A stretch of DNA of 60,884 bases, counting the filler. It is 8 parts of 8 records of this genome, joined end to end, with 100 filler letters (N's around TTAATTAATTAA, not from the genome) between each part and the next. Parts side by side here need not be neighbours in the genome. Positions count along the whole stretch, not along the records: positions 5,686 to 11,914 come from DRR723986_34186; positions 12,015 to 17,183 come from DRR723986_34191; positions 17,284 to 22,770 come from DRR723986_34236; 5 more parts are not named here. One strand, given 5' to 3'. The notes under the pieces were generated by a model. That model saw only the letters and a program-made list of their open reading frames with translations. It made no database searches and was not told the DNA's origin. The translations under genes were made by a program, and so were the position numbers. Positions 9,952-19,942 of this stretch are shown here, one piece after another. Each line of letters begins with the position of its first letter. The stretch's first letter is position 1.

Positions 9952-10653
9952 CTACTTTTCATCTTCTATTGTAAAAAAAATAGGATCATCCGAAGCGTTT
10001 TTTAATATATCTTTAATATTTTGGAAATGCACGATTGTTTCTCCTTCTCGAGTTCTAGCCCAGTTAATTAATTCTTCAATTAATAGAGAAAACCTCTGAT
10101 CATTAATATCTTTGTTGTAATAATCAACTAAAAAATTATAAAAGAAGGCCCTCTCAAATTCTACATAACTTTTATCTTTATAAATCAGCCCCATTGCATA
10201 ACTATATACTTCAATATCATTCGGAGTCATATTATCTACTATGTATTTATTCAATTCATAGATTTTACCTCGATTTCTCACCCTCGGAAAAGCCCATGCC
10301 ACAATGTTTTCATTCAACTCAACGGTATCCCTAAACTCTGCATCTGGAACTTGATACTCGAAATATATATTACGTAATCCACTTATTTCCTGATTATCAT
10401 AAATCAATCTATCAAGTATAAGAGATGACAAAATTTCGTTGTAAGAGAAATTATTATATCTGAATTTTAACTGGCAATAAATTCCATGCCCATTCTCAAC
10501 AGAGATACATGGTTGAATAAAAATAGAATCAAACCTTTCATTTACTCCGGATAGGTCTATCTGTTCTTTATCATAACTATGGTTGATATCTTTTTCTTGA
10601 GAAATACAAGAAAATTGAAGAAATAAAACAAAAATAATGGTTATGGCTCTCAT
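9952..10653 (-). CDS. Putative immunity (lipo)protein for Rhs-CT2
   Basis: Starts 20 nt after the Rhs-CT2 stop. Signal peptide with FSC. The role is inferred from position. Confidence 0.62.
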   Translation of the reverse strand: MRAITIIFVLFLQFSCISQEKDINHSYDKEQIDLSGVNERFDSIFIQPCISVENGHGIYCQLKFRYNNFSYNEILSSLILDRLIYDNQEISGLRNIYFEYQVPDAEFRDTVELNENIVAWAFPRVRNRGKIYELNKYIVDNMTPNDIEVYSYAMGLIYKDKSYVEFERAFFYNFLVDYYNKDINDQRFSLLIEELINWARTREGETIVHFQNIKDILKNASDDPIFFTIEDEK

Positions 10654-10673
10654 ACTTTTTCAATATAGAAATT

Positions 10674-11914
10674 TTATTTCATTTTTCCCGACATCCTCAT
10701 TGAATCAACCGCATTAGGTGGATTACTCTGAATTTCAAATCTGACCGTTCCATTAGCTTTTTCAACCTCCATTGAAACAGGAAGGCCGGCACCGGCTGCT
10801 GCACCAGCCATGGTGGCCTCTAATGCAAAAATAATTTGACCATCATCATTATAACCGGTCATAGTTACAATTGAAACAGAAGCTCCGGCAGCTCCATATA
10901 ATGATAATCCCCCAGTAGTCTTTACATACTCTATCCTGGCTGCACCAGCTATTATGTCCCAAGGGTTAAGGAGCGGATTATCCATAATTATCCAACCTTC
11001 GAAATCATGTCCATCTGGGCCAATAGAATTCAAATTGCCCTCAACACCAGCTATTTCTACACCTCCTGTTGTTAAGTCTACTCCTTTATCTAAATCAATT
11101 TCTATTATAGATTCACTATTTTTCCATAAGGCGTTTTCAAAATCAGCCATTGTTAATACTCCGCTAAGTACTCTTTTTCCTGACACCGGCTCAGTAACAT
11201 CAACATAATCGTCTAGAAATATTTTATATTCACTTTTGGGAGATCCTAAACTAGGCTCCTCATAAATATTATGGTTACGGTCATAATAACCTCCAAACTC
11301 AGGGACAGCTGCATCAAGATCCCAGAACCATCTTGCGCTGTAGACAACACCTTTACTTTTTATCATAGCCACAGAACCTTTCGGGATTTTGATGCTAATT
11401 GATAGTGGCTCTCCGTCTTCATCCGTATTTTTTGTGGAATTAATATTTATTTCTTCACTCAAGAAATATTTTACTTCATCATTCGGTCGAATTAGTATTT
11501 TACCTTCAGGGCCATTTTCAAATATAACTCCTTGACTTGTGTGATCATCTGTATCTGTGTATTTTTTCCATGAAGAATAGAGTTTCTTTTTTGCTTTATC
11601 TAAATCTTGAGGCGGTTTTGTTGCTGGAGGGCTAGGGCTGCTTTGATTTGAGGCTAAACCTAAAGGGTCCGTGTAAAATATGGGATTATTATTAAACGCA
11701 CAAAAGGGACTAGATTGTGGGTAACTACTTGCCAGAGGATCCAAACTTTTCCACCTTCCCAATCTAGGGTCATATTGTCTAAACTGTGTGGTATAAGAAT
11801 TCCCCTGTCCAGACACCTCTTTATCAGTCTCCATACCGTTAAAAGCGTAGCGGTAGTCGCCACCTGAGAGCATTCCGTTGCGTCCTGGCATTATCATCCC
11901 GAACGGATAATAAT
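10674..11914 (-). CDS. Rhs repeat-associated core end + C-terminal toxin domain 2 (5'-truncated or orphan cassette)
   Basis: Begins at the contig end with (D)YYPFGMIMPGR. Core ends in NNPIFYTDPLGL. The C-terminus is unrelated to CT1. Confidence 0.88.
11731..11914 (-). repeat. Right arm of ~184-bp inverted repeat (Rhs core end)
   Basis: Reverse complement of 5686-5869. Confidence 0.92.
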
Positions 11915-12014
11915 NNNNNNNNNNNNNNNNNNNNNNNNNNNNNNNNNNNNNNNNNNNNTTAATTAATTAANNNNNNNNNNNNNNNNNNNNNNNNNNNNNN
12001 NNNNNNNNNNNNNN

Positions 12015-13394
12015 ATGAAAACCTGCCCGTGGAACCTCGAAGGGATCTTTGCAGAAAAACCGTTTCGCTGGGCCGCGATGAACATCCCTTCAGCCGCGCC
12101 TGTGCTGGCCAAACTGGATGATGCGGTGGGCCACGGCGAATTGAACGACGTCAAAAAGTGGTGGTGGGATATCGAACTGGACCCGGATGGTGCTTATCGC
12201 CCGACCAAACACCCCCTGAACCGACGCGGGTTGCAAAAAGATCTGGATCTGAAATTCGAGGATCAGACCCTTGCGGTGTATCCTGCGCCACTGGCCCCGC
12301 ATCCCTGGCCTTATCCCTTTGCGATGGATCGCGAGGCGGGGATTGCGGCCTATGAAAACATGATCAGCGCCGAGGAATACCAAACCCGCAAGGCGGCGGG
12401 CGATCTGTCGGTCGTGCACCGCTATCAGATCTCAGGCGATGCACCGGTGATCCGGGTAGAACTGTCCAAGGTTGATCAGATGACCGCAGACGTGACCAAA
12501 TACGAATTCTCCTCGCTGGATGGCAGCCCCTTGCCGCACTGGACCGCTGGGGCGCATCTGGACATTCTCGTGGCGCCCGAATTCCTGCGCCAATATTCGA
12601 TGTCAGGCAACCCAACGGATCGTTCCACCTATCAGATCGGCGTTCTGCGCGAGGATGAAGGACGCGGTGGCTCGGCCCTGTTGCACCGTATCTTTGATGA
12701 GGGGCGCAAGGTCTTTGTCTCGAAACCCATCAACCATTTTGAACTGGATGAAACGGCGACGAAAACCTTTCTCATGGGCGGTGGGATCGGCATCACGCCG
12801 ATGATCGCCTTTGCGCACCGCCTGCACGACATGGGCGCTGATTTCGAATTGCACTACTCTGCCAGCACCCGCGCCGGGGCCGGGTATCTGGATGATCTGG
12901 CTGCAATGCCTTGGGCAGATCACGTGCATCTGCACTTTTCTAACGAAGGGACCCGCGCCGATCTGAATGCCGTGATGGCAGGGTACCAAAGCGGTTGGCA
13001 CGTTTACACCTGCGGCCCAGACCGGTTCATGGACGGTGTGATAAAAGCCGCTGAACAGCAGGGTTTCCCCGAAGAGGCACGGCATCTGGAATACTTCTCG
13101 GTGCCAGAACAGCCAGAGTATGAGAACCACACATTCACCCTGAAGTTGGCCAAATCCGGGCGTGAACTCACCGTACCCGCAGACAAAGACGCCGCCGAGG
13201 TGCTGAACGCGGCCGGAATACAGGTGGATGTGAAATGCGCCGACGGCATTTGCGGCGTGTGCAAATGCGGGGTGATTTCGGGCGAAGTGGAACACCGCGA
13301 TTTTGTACTGTCCAACAAACAACGCGAAGGGGCAATCATCCTGTGCCAAAGCCGCGCTGCCAAAGCAGACGGCGTTATTGAACTCGATCTCTGA
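12015..13394 (+). CDS. Catabolic reductive dehalogenase fused to a PDR/VanB-type FMN/NAD(P)H/[2Fe-2S] reductase, 5'-truncated
   Basis: Starts inside the RdhA Fe-S motif (C)MKTCPWN, then the RdhA tail (LDDAVGHG..KKWWWDIE), then RQYS, GRGGS, GGIGITP, YTCGP and CADGICGVC...C. Confidence 0.8.
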   Translation: MKTCPWNLEGIFAEKPFRWAAMNIPSAAPVLAKLDDAVGHGELNDVKKWWWDIELDPDGAYRPTKHPLNRRGLQKDLDLKFEDQTLAVYPAPLAPHPWPYPFAMDREAGIAAYENMISAEEYQTRKAAGDLSVVHRYQISGDAPVIRVELSKVDQMTADVTKYEFSSLDGSPLPHWTAGAHLDILVAPEFLRQYSMSGNPTDRSTYQIGVLREDEGRGGSALLHRIFDEGRKVFVSKPINHFELDETATKTFLMGGGIGITPMIAFAHRLHDMGADFELHYSASTRAGAGYLDDLAAMPWADHVHLHFSNEGTRADLNAVMAGYQSGWHVYTCGPDRFMDGVIKAAEQQGFPEEARHLEYFSVPEQPEYENHTFTLKLAKSGRELTVPADKDAAEVLNAAGIQVDVKCADGICGVCKCGVISGEVEHRDFVLSNKQREGAIILCQSRAAKADGVIELDL

Positions 13395-13476
13395 CCCGGA
13401 TCAACGTGCGTTGAATGCTGCCCGCCGCTAAAAAGGCGGGGATGCAACGGCTCAGAGTAACAGGGGGTATGCCCTC

Positions 13477-14484
13477 TTATTGAACCACGGCATTCGTCCA
13501 TTCCTTGATGAACGTCCGCCTTTTCAGGGCGTCAAGATATGTCAAAAGCGCAGGTTCAAGGGAGATAACCGAGGGGTTTGTCCCTTGCCGGGATCTGTCT
13601 AAGGGGGGCAGGCGGGAACTGTTTGACCCGTTTTCATCGGATGTTACATCGATCATATTCTGCATGAACCGCTCTGATGCCTCGGCATGCTGGGTTCCTT
13701 TTGAGACGAACCCGGTGCGCATCATCGTGGTTGGAAAATCCGAAGGGAGGATGATCTTGAAACGCGGGTCATTTTGTTGACGCGTCGCGGCGTAGCTGCC
13801 CAGTACATTATACGCCACCAGCAATTTTCCTGAGGCCACATCGTCAATCATTTCACCCGAGCAACAATAGAGCCGCGCATCAAGGCTGCCCATGACCTCC
13901 ATCAGGCGCCAATAGGTTTCAGAGGCACGCGCGTCTTGTGTGGCGAACAGATACCCAACCCCGGACTGGCGGACATCATATGTTCCTAACTTACCGCGAA
14001 ACAGGTCTGGCTGCTGGCGAAGTGCGTGGATCAGTTCTTGCCGTGTTTGGGGGATGGTTTTGCCACTAAAGGCATCGCTGTTTATGACGATCGCGGCGGG
14101 TTCGGTCGTAAAGGCAAAAAGACGTTGCCGCCATTGTGCCCAATCCGGGTGGTCAATGGCAGAAAGCTCAAGCGCAAAGCCGTCATTGACGAGCTTTAGC
14201 TGCAGATCCATCGCGCTGGAAATAACAATGTCGAATTCGCCGGGCGTTTCGCGGAAAACCTTGTCGATGTGGGACGTCGTCGAGACCAAATATTCGACTG
14301 ACCACGCAGGGTTGTCACCGAGAAATTGTTCGATAATCGGCACAAAAAACGAGGTGTCCGTGCTGGAAAGAATGCGCAGGGTTTGCGTGCCGTTGCCCGT
14401 TTGAAACAGCTGCCGGTCTTCCCAGTTCTGCGCCCCTGACACAAACGGCCAAAGGCAAAGGATCAAAGCGAAAAGATAACGCAT
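13477..14484 (-). CDS. ABC-type substrate-binding protein (AfuA-like fold) co-transcribed with tctDE
   Basis: Signal peptide, SSAMDLQLKLVNDG and AYNVLGSYA motifs. Overlaps the end of the sensor kinase gene. Confidence 0.78.
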   Translation of the reverse strand: MRYLFALILCLWPFVSGAQNWEDRQLFQTGNGTQTLRILSSTDTSFFVPIIEQFLGDNPAWSVEYLVSTTSHIDKVFRETPGEFDIVISSAMDLQLKLVNDGFALELSAIDHPDWAQWRQRLFAFTTEPAAIVINSDAFSGKTIPQTRQELIHALRQQPDLFRGKLGTYDVRQSGVGYLFATQDARASETYWRLMEVMGSLDARLYCCSGEMIDDVASGKLLVAYNVLGSYAATRQQNDPRFKIILPSDFPTTMMRTGFVSKGTQHAEASERFMQNMIDVTSDENGSNSSRLPPLDRSRQGTNPSVISLEPALLTYLDALKRRTFIKEWTNAVVQ

Positions 14485-15830
14485 GCGCCGCCTCCCTTGC
14501 GGTTGGACAGGGTGAGCGTTCCGCCATGGACCTGAGCGACATCCTGCGCGATGGTCAGGCCCAGACCGGACCCAATGATCCCTTTGACGTTGTCCCCACG
14601 TGAGAACCGCGACACCAATTTCTCCATATCGTGTTCTGGAAAGCCCGGCCCTTGGTCACGGATTTCAAGTGTTGGTACCGGAAGCGCGGCCACATGAATC
14701 GTGATGTCGCTTTCTGCGGGCGAGTATTTGAGAGCGTTGTCGATAAGGTTGCGGATCCCATTTTGCAAAAGAATGCTGTCACCGGCAACGATCACCTGGC
14801 TGTCGCCGGTGATTTTCAGGTCGATATCTTTCATTTCAGCAACCGGTGTCAGACGCAGGACAAGTTCCTGTAGTAAATCGACCAGATCCACCTCGGACCG
14901 TTCCAGATCGTCCGCCCGAAAGGTGATCATGGCGTGATCCAGCAATTGCCCCGCAGCGCGTGAACTTTCGTCGATGGCGCGGATCATTGACCGCAGCGCT
15001 TGCCTGTTTTCGTCGCGATCGACACGCTGCAAGGTCGCTTCGGCGTGGGATCGCACCGTCGCCAGCGGGGTGCGGACACGGTGGGCGGCTTCGGCGATGA
15101 AATCCTCGGATTGCTTCAGCGATGTATCTAGCCGCCCCATTAACCGATTGAGAGACGAGACAAGAGCTGCCATTTCGACGGGAACCGGGCTGGCCACAGG
15201 GCTAAGATCCTTGGGGCCCCTTTTGGTCACGGACGTGGTCAGGCGCTGTAGCGGTCGGATCGTCGTGGCGGTTGCCCAGAAAGACAGCAGAACCGACAGC
15301 AGAAAGAACACGGTGCCAAACAGGGCAACATTGCGGGAAATACGCGCCAGTGTCACTTGCAAGGCGTCCTGCGTTTGCGCAACAGAAACCGAAATCGTGG
15401 TGCGCGTGTCTGCCCCAACCAGCATCCGCGATGCGGTTGCCATGCGGGCGGTGACATCGTCGAATTGGGTGGTTGTGTGGGCCATCCGATCCCCCAACTG
15501 TCCTGTGTCGTGTGGCAAAACCCCATAACCAGACAGCAGGCTATCATCCTGATAAATAGCGTAAAAAACCCGGTCGTCTGCCGCCGTGCTGAGCATCGAC
15601 AAGGCCGCATATGGGAAATCGACCTCCACCTCGCCATCTCGCAGGATGGCGGCATCCAGAATGGACATGACCGAGGCCTCGAGAATGCTGTCCTGACCGT
15701 GTTGGGCAATTTGAACCGCATAGCCGCGCACGACGAAAAACAGCAAAGCGGCCAGCAGCGCGGCCCCCCCGATCAACGTAAGCGTCAGGCGGTTTCGCAA
15801 CGACCCCGAGACATTGACTGTGTCAGCCAT
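14463..15830 (-). CDS. tctE: Sensor histidine kinase, TctE-like
   Basis: Two TM helices, HAMP domain, H-box EAAHRVRTPL, N-box NLIDNALKY, G-boxes DQGPG and GSGLGL. Adjacent to tctD and tctC. Confidence 0.8.
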   Translation of the reverse strand: MADTVNVSGSLRNRLTLTLIGGAALLAALLFFVVRGYAVQIAQHGQDSILEASVMSILDAAILRDGEVEVDFPYAALSMLSTAADDRVFYAIYQDDSLLSGYGVLPHDTGQLGDRMAHTTTQFDDVTARMATASRMLVGADTRTTISVSVAQTQDALQVTLARISRNVALFGTVFFLLSVLLSFWATATTIRPLQRLTTSVTKRGPKDLSPVASPVPVEMAALVSSLNRLMGRLDTSLKQSEDFIAEAAHRVRTPLATVRSHAEATLQRVDRDENRQALRSMIRAIDESSRAAGQLLDHAMITFRADDLERSEVDLVDLLQELVLRLTPVAEMKDIDLKITGDSQVIVAGDSILLQNGIRNLIDNALKYSPAESDITIHVAALPVPTLEIRDQGPGFPEHDMEKLVSRFSRGDNVKGIIGSGLGLTIAQDVAQVHGGTLTLSNRKGGGACVIFSL

Positions 15831-16488
15831 GATCAAGCCTGTAGCCCAGACCACGGAGTGTCGTTATCCTCAAATCAGAGGGCTCCAAGTGTTTGCGCAG
15901 CCGCCCGATGTAAACTTCGATGGCGTTTTCAGAGACATCTTCATCATAGGAAAATAAGCGGTCGAACAGTTTGTGTTTCGGGAAAATCTGGCCCGGTGAA
16001 TTGATCATCAACTCGAACAAACGCAATTCCCGATTTCGCAGATTGATTGCGGTGTCGTCTATGGTCAGGCTTCCGGCCACCGAGTCAAACGCGACATTTC
16101 CAAGCCGGATTGTTGTTTGGGCTGTTCCTGATTTGCGGCGCAAAACGGCGCGGCATCTGGCCTGCAACTCTTCGTGGTCGAACGGTTTCGTCACGTAGTC
16201 GTCCGCCCCCAGATCCAACATGCTGATTCTGTCAGACACCTGCGAGCGTGCTGTCAAAACGATGACAGGTGTGTCCTTTTTACCGGCGCGGTGCTGTTTT
16301 AGAAATGTACGTCCGTCCCCGTCAGGCAACATAATATCCAGCAAAATAAGATCGTATTCTCCGATCTCAACAAAGGCGAGGGCATCCTGAATTCTTTCAG
16401 CATGATCAACAACATGACCATCAATTTGCAGGCGGGCGCAAACTGCATTTGCCAGCTCTGTGTTGTCTTCGACCAATAGGAATTTCAT
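15823..16488 (-). CDS. tctD: OmpR-family response regulator, TctD-like
   Basis: REC motifs LLVED, LLDIMLPDGDG, DDYVTKPF. Winged-helix motif IEVYIGRLRK..TLRGLGY. Confidence 0.82.
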   Translation of the reverse strand: MKFLLVEDNTELANAVCARLQIDGHVVDHAERIQDALAFVEIGEYDLILLDIMLPDGDGRTFLKQHRAGKKDTPVIVLTARSQVSDRISMLDLGADDYVTKPFDHEELQARCRAVLRRKSGTAQTTIRLGNVAFDSVAGSLTIDDTAINLRNRELRLFELMINSPGQIFPKHKLFDRLFSYDEDVSENAIEVYIGRLRKHLEPSDLRITTLRGLGYRLDHG

Positions 16489-16514
16489 GCGCTTTGCTCA
16501 GTTGGAAACGGCCA

Positions 16515-16532
16515 TGACAGGTCCGTGTCAGG
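16515..16532. promoter_or_regulatory. Candidate TctD operator
   Basis: TGACAGG-N4-TGTCAGG, an 11-bp-period direct repeat between divergent tctD and tctC. Confidence 0.5.
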
Positions 16533-16595
16533 TTGTTGTGGTTAGGTCCGTTAACTGAGCCACCTTTCGGACAGTTGTCAAATTTGGAGGAGATC

Positions 16596-17183
16596 ATGAT
16601 GAGTTTTTCACTGGGCCGTCGCACCCTGATGGCGACCGCCGCTGCCGCTTTGGCCTTTGCTTCACCGGTACTGGCCGATGGGCACAAAGCGCTCGAGAGC
16701 CTGCACTTTCTGATCCCCGGTGGCGCCGGTGGTGGATGGGACGGGACCGCGCGCGGAACCGGCGAGGCGCTGACCAAAGCCGGTATCGTTGGCAACGCGT
16801 CCTATGAAAACATGTCAGGCGGCGGGGGCGGCAAAGCCATTGGTTTTCTGATTGAAAACGCCGACAGCAACCACGGCACCCTGATGGTCAACTCGACCCC
16901 GATCGTGATCCGGTCTCTGACGGGCGTGTTTCCACATAACTTCCGTGACCTGACGCTTGTTGCTGGCACCATTGGCGACTATGCCGCGATTGTTGTGGGC
17001 AAGGACAGTCCGATCAATTCGATGGATGACCTGATGGCCGCTTTTGACGCTGATCCGCGTGGCACTGCCATCGGTGGCGGATCTGTACCCGGGGGCATGG
17101 ACCACCTCGTTGCTGCCATGACGTTTGAGGCGGCTGGCAAAGATGCACTGGCTGTCAAATACATCCCCTATGACGCGGGCGGC
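16596..17183 (+). CDS. tctC: Tripartite tricarboxylate transporter substrate-binding protein, 3'-truncated
   Basis: RBS GGAGGAG, signal peptide, motifs PGGAGGGWDGTAR, NMSGGGG, YIPYDAGG. Confidence 0.88.
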
Positions 17184-17283
17184 NNNNNNNNNNNNNNNNN
17201 NNNNNNNNNNNNNNNNNNNNNNNNNNNTTAATTAATTAANNNNNNNNNNNNNNNNNNNNNNNNNNNNNNNNNNNNNNNNNNNN

Positions 17284-18669
17284 CAGCCATTGATAGGAAA
17301 ACGCGCCCAATCCATCGGCATCGGCGATCCCTGCTGTGTTTGCGGTCAGGGTCTGATCCTCACGGGCGGTGCCGCTTATGGTGACAGATCCGGTCGCCTC
17401 GGAGTTACCAGCGGGCACATCGCCCTCCAGCTCAATATTGGCGGCGGTCAGGGGGGTGCCGCTTTGGGAGCCGTGGAAGACATCGATGTAAGTGCCATCG
17501 GACAATGTCAGCCGTGAGACGTTGGAAAACGGTTTGGTGATCGCGGCAATCGCCGCATTCGCAGTGGCAAAGCCGCTGTCGATCAAACGGATCACTTCGG
17601 AGCCGAGATCAAAGTCATATACGGTGTTCTGTCCCTCCCCGAGGCCGACAACATAGGTGTCGGTGCCGCCTTGGCCAAACATCACATCCTCGCCCGCACC
17701 TCCGCGCAGGGTGTCATTGCCGATGCCGCCCTGAAGCTGATCATTGCCAGCATCACCAAACAATTCATCCGCGCCGGTCTGACCAAACAACGTGTCCTGC
17801 CCGCTGCCGCCGTGCAGCGTGTCATCGCCCAAATCGCCCTGGATCTGATCATTGCCGCCCAGACCGTCGATCAAATCCCCGATGATGGTGCCAAATATCG
17901 TTTCGCCGCCCCCCGTGGCGACATCAGGTTGAGATCCTTGCGCCGTGAACCCGGTCACCTCATAGCCGATATCGGCAAGGATGGCTTTGTCCACATCGCT
18001 GAGCAATACGCGTGTGCCCGTGGTCAACATCGGATCGAGGGACACGGTATCGCCGTCGAACCCTTCTTCGACGTGGCTGTGATCATCGTGCAAAGGCACC
18101 GCCGCGCCGCCATTGACGGACCGCGCATTGGTTCCTGTAAAGGTTTCGCCCGACACCAGCGCATCAAAAGCCCCAGAGGTGCCAATACCAAGGATATGGC
18201 CGATCTCATGGACCGCGACCGACAAGAAATCGTTCTGACCCGCAGAAGGCGCACCAAGGCCAAAGTTCCAGTTCGTGCCGGTATCAAACGTCAGCGTGCC
18301 TGCCCAGGGTTCAAAGTCGCTGACCGCACCTTGGCCGCGAAAATCATCGCTGATCCGCGCCGAGAACACATCACCGGATGCCGAATAGCCCGATGGCCCG
18401 GCATATCCCAAGGTGGAGCCGCCAAGCGAGGCCGCGCCCACGAACACAATCAGATCATCCACATCCTCGGTCAAAGTGATGGTTTCTTGGGTCACGCCAT
18501 TGGTGGGATTGGTGATGTTGAACGAGATCCCCGCCTGCACGTCATCGAAGTCATCGCTGATGATGCTTTCCCAAAGACGGGCGGCTTCTTCAAGGGTGGC
18601 ACGTCGGCTGGCATCCGAGAAAAAACCATTCGTGTCAAAGCGATAGTCAAACTTGATCTCAAACGACAT
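17284..18669 (-). CDS. Secreted Zn-metalloprotease with RTX Ca-binding repeats, 3'-truncated
   Basis: VAVHEIGHILG zinc motif, multiple GGxGxD nonapeptides, start of an Ig/cadherin-like repeat (ATGSVTISG..DADGLGAFSYQW). Confidence 0.82.
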
Positions 18670-18949
18670 GTCTTAAACCTTTAATCATCAATCAGGCGAC
18701 CTTGCGCCCTGCCACACCCACACGCCCGGCCTTGCCTTGCATCACACCTTCGCAAAACCGGCCTCAAAAACGCCCAAGCGCCTGTGACCATGATCGAAAA
18801 AGTTGACGAAAAGATGTTCCAAATCGTGCTTGAGCGCAGAAAATAGATAAACGTGACCGCAACGCCAGAGCGGCTTGCGATCTCGGCAAAAATCGGCAGA
18901 TCGTGCGTCTGCTTCGGCTGATTGCCGCTGGCGGTGCGGGTGGCGCGCC

Positions 18950-19942
18950 TCAGTCCAGAACCACGGCCACCAGCCCTACAAAATCACCCATTTTGACCAG
19001 CCCCGGCACATGACGTGCCGCCAGAATGCCGCTGCGCCCGGCGGTGCAGATCTGCGGTGCAACGCCAGTGCGGTCTGCGGGCCAGATGCGGGCAATCGGC
19101 TGCCCTTTGGTCACCGGATCCCCCATATCCCGAAGGTATTCGATCATCCCCGCAGTTTCCGCAAAGTGAAAACAACTGGCATCCGGCATGTCGATATTGA
19201 TGGTTGGATCCTGCGTCATCTCACCTTGCAAAATACCACTGTGGATCAACAGGTTGCGAATCCCCTTGCGGGCGATGGCGACACTTCGGGCGGTGGATGT
19301 GCCCGCGCCGCCCAATTCGGTTGTGACAAAGACCTTGCCCTGGTTTTCGACCTCGGTGTCAAACATGCCAACGTTGTCGATCTCCAACATTCGCGCCGAA
19401 TAAGGCGCGTTGAACGCCTGCATCGCGGCCATGCAAGTGGCCTCCTGGGTCTTGTCCTCTAGCACATGCGCAGCGGCAAAGGGCAGAAAATCCAGCGTGC
19501 TGCCGCCGGAGTGAAAATCCAGCACCACGTCGGCCAGCGGCACCAGCCGGGTCGCGATAAAATCGCAAATCTTGGCGGTGACATTGCCATCGGGCTGGCC
19601 CGGAAAGCTGCGATTCATATTGGCCCCGTCAATGGGCGAACAGCGTTTGCCCGCCGCAAAGGCCGGCATGTTCATCATCGGCAGGATGATCACCCGCCCG
19701 GTGATCTGATCGGCGGTCAGTGTCGCCGCCAGATCCTGAAGCGCGATCGGCCCTTCGTATTCATCGCCATGATTGGCCCCTGTCAACAATGCGGTTGGCC
19801 CCGTGCCATTGGCAATCACCGTGATCGGGATCATCACCGAGCCCCAGGCGCTGTCATCGCGGCTGTGGGGCAGCTTGAGAAACCCGTGATGCACGCCCTG
19901 CGCATCCAGTGGAATCGTGGCGGTGATCGGGTTGGCCGTCAT
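18950..19942 (-). CDS. doeB: N-alpha-acetyl-L-2,4-diaminobutyrate deacetylase
   Basis: AstE/AspA motifs GANHGDEYEG, NMNRSFPG, DFHSGG, TTELGG. The ATG overlaps the doeA stop (ATGA). Confidence 0.9.
   Translation of the reverse strand: MTANPITATIPLDAQGVHHGFLKLPHSRDDSAWGSVMIPITVIANGTGPTALLTGANHGDEYEGPIALQDLAATLTADQITGRVIILPMMNMPAFAAGKRCSPIDGANMNRSFPGQPDGNVTAKICDFIATRLVPLADVVLDFHSGGSTLDFLPFAAAHVLEDKTQEATCMAAMQAFNAPYSARMLEIDNVGMFDTEVENQGKVFVTTELGGAGTSTARSVAIARKGIRNLLIHSGILQGEMTQDPTINIDMPDASCFHFAETAGMIEYLRDMGDPVTKGQPIARIWPADRTGVAPQICTAGRSGILAARHVPGLVKMGDFVGLVAVVLD

Noticed and set aside
17671-18684. 337-aa plus-strand ORF, and the many similar short overlapping ORFs in the GC-rich contigs
   Set aside because: Antisense or alternate-frame shadows of well-supported genes, with no motifs.
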